Assembly (NCBI GenBank): GCA_001447805.1
Contig: CP013099.1
Span: 3,524,235 to 3,588,234 of the forward strand
Length of the DNA: 64,000 bases
Source: Candidatus Tenderia electrophaga
GTDB lineage: Bacteria; Pseudomonadota; Gammaproteobacteria; Tenderiales; Tenderiaceae
Direction: 5' to 3'
A program made the position numbers and the translations under genes. The notes below the pieces were generated by a model. That model was not told where the DNA came from. It worked only from the letters and a program-made list of their open reading frames with translations, and searched no databases. Positions 44,927 through 55,180 of the stretch are shown piece after piece. How positions within the stretch are numbered: the stretch's first letter is position 1; the number at the start of each line of letters is the position of its first letter.

Positions 44927-46625
44927 CAAAGACCATTACGTGTACGAAGCCGTCAATAACGCGGTGGGCAAGGCGGTCAACGAGGCGGTCCTGGGTGATC
45001 CCATGCCGGCGTATCGTATCGACAAGGCCAAGTCCATATTGTCGTTCGGGGCCGATTTTCTCGGCACCTGGATGTCGCCGGTACACTTCTCGCGCGAGTA
45101 CGTCAAGTTCCGCGGCGGTGACCGAGGTGTGCTGATCCAGGTCGAGCCGAAGATGACCCTGACCGGTGGTAACGCCGACCTGTGGGTGGCGGCCCGGCCC
45201 GGTACCGAAGGCGTGTTGGCTCTCGGTATCGCCAACGTGCTGCTGACCAAGAACCAGGTGAAGGGCGACAAATTGCCGCAGGCGGCCTTGGATGAAATCG
45301 CCAAGTACGATGTCAACAAGGTGACAGAAATCACCGGCGTGGGTGGCGATACCATGGTACGCATCGCCAATTACCTGACCAATCATAGCCCCAGTTTAGT
45401 GTTGTCGGGTGAGTCGGCCCATAACCATGTCAATGGTTATGAGAACGCCATGGCAGCCATGATGCTGAATGTGTTGTTGGGTAATGTGGGTAAAACCATC
45501 GAGCCTTCCAATAGCATCGCCTTCGAGGATCTCAAGGCTAAGCACGGCAACAGCCGTGCCCTGGCGGATTTCGCCAAGGCGGTGGACGGCGGCAAGTACG
45601 ATGTGGTGTTTTTCCACGGTGCCAACCCCGTTTACACCGCGCCGGCGCATCTGGCGATGGCGGAGAAGTTGGCCAAGGTGCCGTTTAAGGTGGCCTTGTC
45701 TATGTTCCCCGATGAAACCACTGTGGCCGCCGACCTGGTGTTGCCGCTTTCTTCGCCATATGAAGAATGGGCCACTACGGTGGCGCCCTATCAGCCCAAA
45801 GAGGCGGCCATCAGCATATCGCAGCCACTGATGAAACAGCTCTATCCCGAAACTATGGGCCTGGGCGACCTGCTGCTGACCATGCTTAAGCACCATCAAG
45901 TCGAAGACTATGCCGATTACGGTGACTATTATGCTTATCTGCGCGCTGCTTTGGAGCAGATGCCGGCATCGGTCAAGGGCGGTAAATCCGGGGGGCAGTT
46001 CTGGTCGGCGGCGTTGCAGCAGGGCCTGATCAAGGCGCCGGCCAAGGCTGGTTCGCTCAAGGTGAGCCTGGGGAGTATCAAGCAATCGATACCCCAGGCG
46101 GGTAATGATTATCCGCTGCACCTGGTGCCATCCACCAATCAGAACATGTATGACGGTCGCAACGCCAACCTGCCCTGGTTGCAGGAGGCGCCGGATCAAA
46201 TCAGCAAAGTGTTCTGGGATTCCTGGGCAGAGCTTCATCCCAAAACCGCTGCCAGACTCGGTGTGAAAGAGGGTGACTATGTCCGGGTGGAGTCGGACCA
46301 GGGCGCAATCGAGACACAGGTCTATATCCACAAAGGCGTGCATGTGGACGCTGTGTGCGTGCCTATCGGGCGCGGCCATGAGGCATACGGTCGCTATGCC
46401 GAGGGGCTCGGTGTCAATCCGCTCAAGATCCTCAGCCCAGCGGTTGAGCAGAAGAGCGGAGAGCTGGCCACCCATGCTACCCGGGTGCGGGTCAGCAAGA
46501 CCGGCCGCCATGCCGAGTTACCACGCTTAGGGGGCAGCGAAACCCAGGTGGGACGCCGCTTGGTTAGTAGCATCCCAGCTGATGCTTTCAGAAGGACTGA
46601 GGGAGGCGATAACAATGTCGCTTAA
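44899..46625 (+). pseudogene. N-terminally truncated second copy of actB1 (lacks first ~164 codons including the Tat signal)
   Basis: In-frame identical copy of ActB1 residues ~165-739. The six-frame ORF 44871-46625 gains a fortuitous ATG 28 nt upstream of the junction. Confidence 0.6.
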
Positions 46626-46766
46626 GAATATACTCGAAAACTGGTCTCAATATCGTAAGGGCCACGAGCAGGGTGGCCATCATGAATACGAACACATGTG
46701 GGCCATGGCCATTGACCTGAACCGATGTACTGGCTGTAATGCCTGTTCCGTGGCCTGTTACGCCGA
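44899..46766. repeat. Tandem direct repeat, copy 2 (1,868 bp)
   Basis: Begins tggaggcgctgaacgagg… exactly as at 43031. The junction reads …tgttacgccga|tggaggcgct…. Confidence 0.85.
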
Positions 46767-47460
46767 GAACAACTTGGCAGTGGTGGGCAAGGAACGCATG
46801 AAAAAAGGCCAGGGCATGCACTGGCTCCGGGTTGAGCGCTACTGGGATGAACCCCAGCTCGGCGGCGATGACAAGGAATATCAAGAGCGGGGCGGCAGCT
46901 TTCTGCCGCTGATGTGTCAACAGTGTAACGCGGCTACCTGTGAGCCGGTGTGTCCGGTTGCGGCGACCTATCACACCCCCGACGGTCTGAATGCCCAGGT
47001 CTATAACCGCTGCATCGGCTCGCGTTATTGCTCCAATAACTGCCCTTATCGCCTGCGCTATTTCAATTTCTATTCCTATTACGAGGATTCGTGGCCCGAA
47101 CCGCTGCACATGCAGTTGAATCCCGATCTTAGCGTGCGCGACAAGGGCGTTATGGAGAAGTGCACCTTCTGCGTTCAGCGCATTCGCACCGCCAAGGATA
47201 CTGCGCGCCGCGAAGGACGCGAGGTGCAGGACGGCGATGTGATTACCGCCTGCGCCCAGACCTGTCCTACCGAGGCGATCGTCTTCGGCGACATACTGGA
47301 TGAGAACTCCCAGGTGCGTAAGATTTGGCGGGCACAGCAGGTTCAACTCGGCGTCACGGAGCAAGATAAGACAAATCCCGAGTTGCGCGGCTACCGTATA
47401 TTGGAAGCCTTGAATACCGATCCTTGTGTAACGTATCTCGACAGGGTGCGCGAGGCCTGA
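46615..47460 (+). CDS. actB2: ACIII subunit ActB2 (4Fe-4S ferredoxin-type iron-sulfur subunit)
   Basis: Four Cys clusters ([42 protein letters not shown]…CAQTCP). GGAGG RBS. Confidence 0.75.
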   Translation: MSLKNILENWSQYRKGHEQGGHHEYEHMWAMAIDLNRCTGCNACSVACYAENNLAVVGKERMKKGQGMHWLRVERYWDEPQLGGDDKEYQERGGSFLPLMCQQCNAATCEPVCPVAATYHTPDGLNAQVYNRCIGSRYCSNNCPYRLRYFNFYSYYEDSWPEPLHMQLNPDLSVRDKGVMEKCTFCVQRIRTAKDTARREGREVQDGDVITACAQTCPTEAIVFGDILDENSQVRKIWRAQQVQLGVTEQDKTNPELRGYRILEALNTDPCVTYLDRVREA

Positions 47461-47514
47461 TTGGGGCAGGTGCTGTTGAGTAAGGCCATGCAAATAAAAA
47501 ATGTGGTGTGACCT

Positions 47515-48924
47515 ATGCAAACTAAAGATATAAATGAAAATATAGAGTGGGCGAAAATCAACGAGGATGTGCTCCGCAGTATGGAGAATCCTCGGATTGG
47601 CTACTGGATCGCCGTTGCCTGTTGTGTCGCGATGGTGATGTGTGCCGTGGTTGCCGAAATTTATCAGTACCAAACCGGTATGGGGGTCGGCAACCTCAAC
47701 TGGCCGCACATGTGGGATCTTTACATCGCCACCTTCGTATTCTGGATCGGGATGAGCCACTCCGGGACGCTGTTGTCGGCGATTCTGCATATTATCCAGG
47801 CCGACTGGCGCAAACCGATTTATCGTTTCGCCGAGGCGATGACCACCTTCTCGCTGATGACCGCGGGCCTGTTCCCGATGATCCACTTGGGCCGCGTCTG
47901 GAACATGTATTGGGTGCTTCCCTACGTTTCCGATCGTGGCATCTGGCCCAATTTTCGTTCACCGTTGATCTGGGATGCGTTCGCGATCACTACCTATTTG
48001 ACTTCGTCAGCACTGTTCCTGTTTATCGGTATGATTCCCGATCTGGCGATTTGCCGGGACAATGCCCGCGGCTGGCGCCAAAAGCTGTATACCGTATTGT
48101 CGCTGGGATGGCAGGGGGACGACCGCCAGTGGCGCAATTTCCGCAAAATCTACCTGTTGATGGCCTGCTTCCTGATTCCGCTGGCGGTCTCGGTGCACTC
48201 CATCGTTTCGGCTGACTTTGCCATGTCGATCATGCCAGGCTGGCACATCACTTCGTTCCCGCCCTACTTCGTTGCGGGTGCTCTTTATTCCGGCTGTGCC
48301 GCGATCATCTCACTGTTCATCATTCTGCGCTATTTCTTCCGCTTTGAAGATTACATGACGATTCCGATCCTGGAAAAGACCTGTAAGCTGACCTTCGCCA
48401 TTGCCATGGTGTGGAGCTACTTGACGCTGGTTGAGTTCGCCTCTGTCTGGTACGGCCATGACGCTGTGGCCAAGGAGGCCTTGATGGGCCGTTTTACTGG
48501 GGCGTATGCGCCCCTGTTCTGGCTCATGCTGTTCTGCGGGATCGTTGTCCCCTTTACCTTGGCCTTCGAAAAATTGAGGCGACATTTGCCTACCATGTTC
48601 GTGGTGTCACTCGTGCTCAACTTAGGTATGTGGCTGGAGCGCTATATGATTGTTACACCCACCTTGCAGCTGTCGTACTATCCTTTTGCCTGGGATGTAA
48701 TGTGGCCCAGCATGGTGCAGTGGGCCATCGTCTTCGGCAGTTTCGGCTGGTTCGGGCTGCTGTTCCTGATCTTCGTCAAGGTGTTTCCGTCGGTCTCCAT
48801 GTACGAAGTCAAGGAGATGGTGTTTCATCGCCGCCAGCACCACAGTCCGGCGCTGGCTGAGCAACTCCACCGCCGCGCCGGCGACCCGAAACCGGGTGAG
48901 CAACCGAGTACAGAAGGAGCTTGA
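47515..48924 (+). CDS. actC: ACIII subunit ActC (NrfD/PsrC-like polytopic membrane quinol-interacting subunit)
   Basis: 469-aa multi-TM NrfD-family protein. Confidence 0.75.
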   Translation: MQTKDINENIEWAKINEDVLRSMENPRIGYWIAVACCVAMVMCAVVAEIYQYQTGMGVGNLNWPHMWDLYIATFVFWIGMSHSGTLLSAILHIIQADWRKPIYRFAEAMTTFSLMTAGLFPMIHLGRVWNMYWVLPYVSDRGIWPNFRSPLIWDAFAITTYLTSSALFLFIGMIPDLAICRDNARGWRQKLYTVLSLGWQGDDRQWRNFRKIYLLMACFLIPLAVSVHSIVSADFAMSIMPGWHITSFPPYFVAGALYSGCAAIISLFIILRYFFRFEDYMTIPILEKTCKLTFAIAMVWSYLTLVEFASVWYGHDAVAKEALMGRFTGAYAPLFWLMLFCGIVVPFTLAFEKLRRHLPTMFVVSLVLNLGMWLERYMIVTPTLQLSYYPFAWDVMWPSMVQWAIVFGSFGWFGLLFLIFVKVFPSVSMYEVKEMVFHRRQHHSPALAEQLHRRAGDPKPGEQPSTEGA

Positions 48925-48926
48925 CC

Positions 48927-49454
48927 ATGAAGCGTTACTATGTAATGGGGCTGTTTAGTAACTTCGAAGAGGCGTTCGCAACGATTTCCGAGATTCGCGA
49001 ACACGCCGTTCCGGGTGTGTCCGTGGATGACGTCACACTCAAGTCACCAATCGAGCATCCGGAGATCGAGGAGGTGTTGGGTGACCGGGGTTCTCCCGTG
49101 CCCAAGTTCACCCTCTTCGGTGCGATCTTCGGAATTTGCTTCGGCTTTCTGTTCCTGGCGTCGGCCCAGGCAACGTTTCTGGTGCAACCGCAGGGCGGAA
49201 AACCGGTGGTGCCGTTGCCGACCAACATCGTCTTGACTTACGAAATGTTGATCCTGTTTGGCGTGATTTCCACGGTGATCGGATTTCTGATCAATGCCCG
49301 TTTGATGACCAAACGCCATCCTTTGTACTCGGAAAAGGTCAGCCTAGACCAGGTCGGAGTCATGTTGGAGTTGGATGAGAAGAATGTTGATCCCATCAAA
49401 GATTTATTCAAAAGGCACAAAGTATTGGAAATTCGTGAAGAGGTTTCGCAATGA
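48927..49454 (+). CDS. actD: ACIII subunit ActD (DUF3341)
   Basis: ATG at 48927 with AAGGAG RBS. Two TM helices, 175 aa. Confidence 0.65.
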   Translation: MKRYYVMGLFSNFEEAFATISEIREHAVPGVSVDDVTLKSPIEHPEIEEVLGDRGSPVPKFTLFGAIFGICFGFLFLASAQATFLVQPQGGKPVVPLPTNIVLTYEMLILFGVISTVIGFLINARLMTKRHPLYSEKVSLDQVGVMLELDEKNVDPIKDLFKRHKVLEIREEVSQ

Positions 49455-49996
49455 GACTTAAGAGTGTAATTGCAGCGGCAGCGCTGATGATGCCGGCGGC
49501 GGCCATGGCCTGGCCCTGGTCTACCGATATGATGAATCAGCCGAACATCAAGCCGCAGGAAGGTGAGATGATCCCGTTCCCCGAGCGCTCTATTCCTGTT
49601 GGCGGTATCCCGACGCAAGTGGCGGATCGCGAAGCGGCCAAGCCGATGAAAAATCCCATCGAGGCGACCCCTAAATCGATTGCCCAAGGGCGCACGCTGT
49701 TTAAGATTTACTGTGCCGCCTGTCATGGCCTGACCGGGGCGGGAGACTCTCCTGTCAGCGGCAAAATCGGGGCTATCGCACTCAATGATAGCTATGTGCA
49801 GGAGAACCTGACCGAGGGATGGGTATGGGGCACGATCACTTTCGGTAGCTATGTAATGCCGGCCTACGGGGTGCCGCAAGGCAAGCGCGGTTCCAACGAT
49901 TTGAATGTTGAAGAGCGTTGGCATGTGGTGAATTACGTCAAGCACGGTCTGATGAAGGATCATGCGGCGGCGACAAGAACGGCCGCAGCCGAGTAA
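49451..49996 (+). CDS. actE: ACIII subunit ActE (monoheme cytochrome c)
   Basis: Signal peptide and a single CAACH motif. ATGA overlap with actD. Confidence 0.65.
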   Translation: MRLKSVIAAAALMMPAAAMAWPWSTDMMNQPNIKPQEGEMIPFPERSIPVGGIPTQVADREAAKPMKNPIEATPKSIAQGRTLFKIYCAACHGLTGAGDSPVSGKIGAIALNDSYVQENLTEGWVWGTITFGSYVMPAYGVPQGKRGSNDLNVEERWHVVNYVKHGLMKDHAAATRTAAAE

Positions 49997-50038
49997 TTCA
50001 GTCTATAAAACTAATAGAGATAGAACGCAGGGGTTAGC

Positions 50039-51070
50039 ATGGAAAACTTCGGTTTCTGGTCGGTTGTAATCACCAACTTCTTAATTGTGCTCTACCTGGC
50101 CCTAGGTGGAGTGACCTTGTCGGCCGCATTGCATCTGGCAAACGGTAAATGGCGTTTTCAGATTCGCTCGTTGGCATGTTCGCTGGCCGTGCTGTTCCCG
50201 ATCGCCTTTGTCCTGTTGCTGATCATTCTGACGGCGGGCGAGTCGGCCTTCCCATGGCTGGCGCATGCGCATGACGAAGGTCATCACCTGCCGGGTTGGC
50301 ACAACTATACCTTCCTGGTGGCGCGTAATATCATCGGGTTCCTGCTGGTGGCGGGCATGTACCTGCTCTTCATTAAATGGCAGTACGAAACCACCGTCGA
50401 TAGCTCCTATGCAGTGCAGCGGCGCTTCCGTAACCTTGCGCTGATGATACCGTTTGTGTACTTCACTTATGGCACTATGGTGGCGTGGGACTTTGAAATG
50501 ACCATGCTGCCAAATTGGCATAGTGCGAGTTACGGCGCCTACCATTTCCAAAGTAACTTCCACATGTTTCTGGGCTTTTTTACCATCTTCCTGTTCATAC
50601 TTTACCGCTCAGGCAAACTGGTGAAACCGTTTGAGGGGTATATCTTCAACTTCATGGCTCAGTTTATGCTGGCGATGACCATTTTGTGGACGTATCTCTA
50701 CTTCACACAGTATTTGATCATGTGGTATGGCCGTCTGCCTTTCGAGATGGAGCGTTATTGGGACATGATGAGCAACATGAGCGGCCTGTGGTGGTTGTTC
50801 TTGGCGCTCAAGTTCGTTATTCCGTTCTGCACGCTGGCGATTACACCCAATCGTCATAATCCACCGGTGATCGTGATGGTGGCGGCGAGCATTGTGCTGG
50901 GTACCTGGATCGAGCGCTATACCTGGGTTTCCGGTTCCGTCGACCCGCAGTACTATCACACCCCCATGTCGTCAATCGCCGATATCGTGGTTACGGTGGT
51001 GGTCTTTGCGGTCAGTTGGTTTGCAGTGAAATGGAGTCTGACCCGATACGGACTGATGCGCAGCTCATAA
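50039..51070 (+). CDS. actF: ACIII subunit ActF (second NrfD-like membrane subunit)
   Basis: 343-aa multi-TM protein. Last gene before a strong terminator. Confidence 0.65.
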   Translation: MENFGFWSVVITNFLIVLYLALGGVTLSAALHLANGKWRFQIRSLACSLAVLFPIAFVLLLIILTAGESAFPWLAHAHDEGHHLPGWHNYTFLVARNIIGFLLVAGMYLLFIKWQYETTVDSSYAVQRRFRNLALMIPFVYFTYGTMVAWDFEMTMLPNWHSASYGAYHFQSNFHMFLGFFTIFLFILYRSGKLVKPFEGYIFNFMAQFMLAMTILWTYLYFTQYLIMWYGRLPFEMERYWDMMSNMSGLWWLFLALKFVIPFCTLAITPNRHNPPVIVMVAASIVLGTWIERYTWVSGSVDPQYYHTPMSSIADIVVTVVVFAVSWFAVKWSLTRYGLMRSS

Positions 51071-51088
51071 GGCGCCGCTGGCGATCAC

Positions 51089-51117
51089 AAAAAAGGCGGG
51101 CCAGGCCCGCCTTTTTT
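51089..51117. terminator. Bidirectional rho-independent terminator
   Basis: AAAAAA-GGCGGGCC-a-GGCCCGCC-TTTTTT. Lies between the convergent actF and DUF3530 genes. Confidence 0.8.
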
Positions 51118-51121
51118 GTAT

Positions 51122-52090
51122 CTAGCGGTTGACCGAGACGCCTTTTGCGTGCCGTTCCAGCCAGCCGATGATGCGTCTGGCAAGCATGATTTCGGCGCCG
51201 CTGAAATCGTGACTGGCGCCATCGATGCGGATCTGGCGATACGAAATATAGCCTTGTGATTTCTGATTGCTGCTCTTGGCGATTGCCGAATGCCTATAGG
51301 CCTCAAGTTGATTGGTGCGGGTGGCGGAGTCGCTTGAGACCTTGGCCGCCAAGGCGCGCTGTCTAGCCGTGCCGGTGACATATTCCAGATCATTGCCGCC
51401 GAAGATATCGAGGATCGGAAGATTGATGGTCTCGAGCTGACCCGGGATGGAGTCATCTTTCGCCTGGCCGTGCAGCACGCCCAGGCTGATGGCGACAAAG
51501 GCACGGATAAACTCGCTCGACTGGCTGGACAGGTATTGGCTGGCCGCCATGGCGCCGCTGCCGTGACCCAGCAGCACTAGATTGTCGAAGCCGTTATTGC
51601 GCATGTAGGTAATGGCGGCGTTAATGCGTTCGTCGATGCTGGCGCGCTGTTTCAGATAGCCGGCAGGCCGGTCCAGCGGCGGCAGCTGGATCGCCAGGGT
51701 AGCCCAGCCGTGCAGGGGCAATCGGTCCCGTAAGGGGCGGATGACTTGCGGTTTGTCCGGGTGGCTGTCGGCATCGGGCAGGATGATGACACCCCCCTTG
51801 GGTTGCCCGCTCAGGTCTGGATTGAAGACGGCGAAAAACTTTCCCTGGCCGTCGTCCAGCCAGGCCGCCTGCCCGTTTTCCAGCCCTTGCTCGAGGGCCT
51901 TCCCCAGTTCTACGGCATTGGACCAAGCCAGCGGCGAGGCGCCCAGCAGGCCCAGGGTGAGGGCCCAGGCGACGCCGGCCCTTGCGGAAATAATTCTTCT
52001 AAAACAAATTGTTATGTAAGACGCGCGGCGCCATAGCCAAGCGTTTTGCGCGGTGCCGCCAAAAAAACAGGAATTATTTCGAGAATTCAT
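51122..52090 (-). CDS. DUF3530-family alpha/beta-hydrolase-fold protein, secreted (start uncertain)
   Basis: Signal-peptide-like RRIISARAGVAWALTLGLLGASPLAWS and an LLGHGSGA nucleophile-elbow-like motif. The first in-frame ATG is at 52090. The track start at 52204 would overlap the rpe start on the other strand. Confidence 0.6.
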   Translation of the reverse strand: MNSRNNSCFFGGTAQNAWLWRRASYITICFRRIISARAGVAWALTLGLLGASPLAWSNAVELGKALEQGLENGQAAWLDDGQGKFFAVFNPDLSGQPKGGVIILPDADSHPDKPQVIRPLRDRLPLHGWATLAIQLPPLDRPAGYLKQRASIDERINAAITYMRNNGFDNLVLLGHGSGAMAASQYLSSQSSEFIRAFVAISLGVLHGQAKDDSIPGQLETINLPILDIFGGNDLEYVTGTARQRALAAKVSSDSATRTNQLEAYRHSAIAKSSNQKSQGYISYRQIRIDGASHDFSGAEIMLARRIIGWLERHAKGVSVNR

Positions 52091-52202
52091 AGAGTTAAAC
52101 GCGTGAAAAAATAGCCCCAATCGGTTAAAGTTAGCGGCTATTTTGCCTCCGGGCTTTAAACCGATTCTTGACTTAATTGCAACTATTAAAGAGGCCTCAA
52201 CC

Positions 52203-52889
52203 ATGCCAGATTACAAAATCGCCCCTTCGATTTTGTCCGCCGACTTCGCCCGTCTGGGCGAGGAAGTCGTCAATGTACTGAATGCCGGTGCCGACATCGT
52301 GCATTTCGATGTGATGGATAACCACTATGTGCCCAACCTCACCATCGGGCCGTTGGTGTGCGAGGCGCTGCGCAAACACGGCGTGAGTGCCGATATCGAT
52401 GTGCACCTGATGGTGAAGCCGGTGGATCGTATTATCCCCGACTTCGCCAAGGCCGGCGCCACGTACATCACCTTTCATCCCGAAGCATCTGAGCATGTCG
52501 ACCGTACTCTGCAATTGATCAAGGGTGAAGGCTGCAAGTCAGGCCTGGTCTTCAACCCGGCCACGCCTCTGGATGTGCTCAAATACGTCATCGACAAGGT
52601 CGATATGGTGCTGCTGATGTCGGTGAACCCGGGTTTCGGCGGCCAGAGCTTTATTCCCACAGCCTTGGACAAGCTGCGCGAAGCGCGCAAGATCATCGAT
52701 GCATCAGGGCGTGATATCCGTCTTGAAATAGACGGCGGCGTGAAGGTCGACAATATTCGCGAAGTCGCCGCCGCCGGTGCCGATACTTTTGTTGCCGGTT
52801 CCGCCATTTTTAACGCGGCGAAAGAGAGCGATCCGAATCATTACGATAGCGTCATCGCCGCTATGCGCGAAGAGCTGGCCAAGGCGTAA
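52203..52889 (+). CDS. rpe: Ribulose-phosphate 3-epimerase
   Basis: ATG at 52203 with [26 protein letters not shown]. Confidence 0.9.
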   Translation: MPDYKIAPSILSADFARLGEEVVNVLNAGADIVHFDVMDNHYVPNLTIGPLVCEALRKHGVSADIDVHLMVKPVDRIIPDFAKAGATYITFHPEASEHVDRTLQLIKGEGCKSGLVFNPATPLDVLKYVIDKVDMVLLMSVNPGFGGQSFIPTALDKLREARKIIDASGRDIRLEIDGGVKVDNIREVAAAGADTFVAGSAIFNAAKESDPNHYDSVIAAMREELAKA

Positions 52890-52895
52890 CCCTGC

Positions 52896-53567
52896 ATGCG
52901 TTTACGAAAACCAAAGCTGGTCCTCATCGACCTCGACGGCACGCTGGTGGACAGCGTGCCGGATCTGGCCTACTGCGTCGATGAAATGATGAAGGCCTTG
53001 GGGCGGGCGCCCTGGGGAGAAGAAACAGTGCGTGGCTGGGTCGGAAACGGCGTCGATCGTTTGGTCATGCGCGCCCTTACCAATACCCTTTGGGACGACC
53101 CGGAGGACGATGAATTCGAGGCCGCTCATCCCATCTTCATGAAGCTGTACGCCGAAAACACCAGCGGCCGCAGTTGCCTCTATGCCGGGGTGGTGGAAGG
53201 TATCGACTACCTCAAGGGCGAAGGGCTCAAGGTGGGATGCGTCACCAACAAGGCGGCGGCCTTTACCGTGCCGCTGCTCAAAGCCATGGGCATCTACGAA
53301 AAGTTCGACATCGTCGTCAGCGGCGACACCACGCCCAAGAAAAAACCCGATCCCATGCCCTTGCTGCATGCCGCCAATCAACTCGGCGTGAAGGCCGAGA
53401 ACTGTCTCATGGTGGGCGATTCCATGCACGATGTGGAGGCCGCCCGCAACGCCGGTTTTCAAGTGGTCTGTGTGCCTTACGGCTACAACCATGGTGTGGA
53501 TATCCGTGAAGCCGGCCCGGATGCTGTGATAGACTCGCTGGCAGAACTGAAAAACCTGTTGAAATAA
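52896..53567 (+). CDS. gph: Phosphoglycolate phosphatase (HAD family)
   Basis: LVLIDLDGTLVDS HAD motif I. rpe-gph synteny. Confidence 0.85.
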   Translation: MRLRKPKLVLIDLDGTLVDSVPDLAYCVDEMMKALGRAPWGEETVRGWVGNGVDRLVMRALTNTLWDDPEDDEFEAAHPIFMKLYAENTSGRSCLYAGVVEGIDYLKGEGLKVGCVTNKAAAFTVPLLKAMGIYEKFDIVVSGDTTPKKKPDPMPLLHAANQLGVKAENCLMVGDSMHDVEAARNAGFQVVCVPYGYNHGVDIREAGPDAVIDSLAELKNLLK

Positions 53568-53686
53568 ATCATTGAAATGAGTATTGCCCGTCAAAGACAG
53601 CGCCAGATGAATCCCAATAGCAAACGATGGTGATGCCGCGTTTGCAGTGGGATTTGTTTTATCGCTGTATTTGAAAGGTAATGACT

Positions 53687-55171
53687 ATGACACGTGAAGA
53701 ATTCGATGCCCTCGCCGCCGAGGGCTATAACCGCATCCCGGTGATGCGCGAAGTGCTGGCCGATCTGGACACGCCGCTCAGCACCTACCTCAAGCTGGCC
53801 AACGGGCCGTACTCCTATCTGTTCGAATCCGTCGAGGGCGGCGAGAAATGGGGCCGCTATTCCATCATCGGCCTGCCCTGCCGCACCGTGTTGCGCGTGC
53901 GCGGCCACAAGATGACCGTGGAGCACGAAGGCGAGGAGCTGGGCACCACCAATGCCGAGGATCCCCTGGCCGCCATCGAAGCCTTCCGTGCCCAATTCAA
54001 GGTGCCGGAGGTGGCGGGACTGCCGCGCTTTACCGGTGGCCTGGTGGGTTATTTCGGCTATGACACGGTGCGCTACATTGAGCCGCGCTTGGACCGCAAG
54101 GTGAATGCCGATCCGCTCAAGGTGCCCGATATCCTGTTGTTGGTGTCCGATGAGGTGGTGGTGTTCGACAACCTGCGCGGCCGTCTGTTCGTCGTAGTGC
54201 ACGTTGACCCCTCGGTCAAAGGCGCCTACAAACAGGCGCAACAACGCTTGGACGAGCTGGTGGCGCGCATGCGCCGCCAGGCTCTGCCGATGGAGCCGAA
54301 AAGACGCGGCCGCAAGGTCCAGGAACGGGATTTTCGTTCCGGTTTCAAACAGGACAAGTTCGAAGCGGCGGTGGACAAGATCAAGGACTACATCGTCGCC
54401 GGCGATTGCATGCAGGTGGTGTTGTCGCAGCGCCTGTCCATTCCTTATAAAAGCGAGCCGCTGGACCTCTACCGGGCATTGCGCAGTCTCAACCCCTCGC
54501 CCTACATGTTCTATCTCAATCTGGAAGAATTTCATGTGGCCGGCTCTTCGCCGGAGATCCTGACCCGGCTGGAGGACGGTGAGGTGACGGTGCGCCCCAT
54601 CGCGGGTACGCGGCCGCGTGGCAAGACGGTAGATGAAGACCAAGCGTTGGAAAAGGAGCTGCTGGCCGATCCCAAGGAGCTGGCCGAACACCTGATGCTC
54701 ATCGATCTGGGCCGCAATGATGCCGGCCGGGTGTGCGAAACCGGATCGGTCAAGCTCACCGACAAGATGGTGATCGAGCGTTATTCCCATGTCATGCACA
54801 TCGTCTCCAATGTCACCGGCAGATTGAAGCCCGGCCTGACCGCCATGGATGTATTGCGCGCCACCTTTCCCGCCGGTACGCTCTCCGGCGCCCCCAAGAT
54901 CCGCGCCATGGAAATCATCGACGAGCTGGAACCGGTCAAGCGCGGCGTCTACGGCGGTGCCGTCGGTTACGTCGGCTGGAACGGCAATATGGACACCGCT
55001 ATCGCCATCCGCACCGCCGTCATCAAAGACGGCAAACTGCACATCCAGGCCGGTGCCGGCGTGGTGGCCGACTCGATACCGAAAAACGAATGGGACGAAA
55101 CCATGAACAAGGGTCGTGCAATTTTTCGCGCCGTGGCCATGGCCGAGGCCGGTTTGGACAACGTGGGTTAG
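53687..55171 (+). CDS. trpE: Anthranilate synthase component I
   Basis: [18 protein letters not shown]…, chorismate-binding family. ATG at 53687 preferred on RBS spacing grounds. Confidence 0.9.
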   Translation: MTREEFDALAAEGYNRIPVMREVLADLDTPLSTYLKLANGPYSYLFESVEGGEKWGRYSIIGLPCRTVLRVRGHKMTVEHEGEELGTTNAEDPLAAIEAFRAQFKVPEVAGLPRFTGGLVGYFGYDTVRYIEPRLDRKVNADPLKVPDILLLVSDEVVVFDNLRGRLFVVVHVDPSVKGAYKQAQQRLDELVARMRRQALPMEPKRRGRKVQERDFRSGFKQDKFEAAVDKIKDYIVAGDCMQVVLSQRLSIPYKSEPLDLYRALRSLNPSPYMFYLNLEEFHVAGSSPEILTRLEDGEVTVRPIAGTRPRGKTVDEDQALEKELLADPKELAEHLMLIDLGRNDAGRVCETGSVKLTDKMVIERYSHVMHIVSNVTGRLKPGLTAMDVLRATFPAGTLSGAPKIRAMEIIDELEPVKRGVYGGAVGYVGWNGNMDTAIAIRTAVIKDGKLHIQAGAGVVADSIPKNEWDETMNKGRAIFRAVAMAEAGLDNVG

Positions 55172-55180
55172 GGGGCGACT

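Noticed and set aside
53568-53686. Possible trp leader peptides upstream of trpE (MNPNSKRW* and MVMPRLQWDLFYRCI*).
   Set aside because: Each has only a single Trp codon rather than tandem Trp, there is no convincing SD, and there is no clear terminator/antiterminator hairpin pair. This is probably chance, since many non-enteric bacteria do not attenuate trpE.
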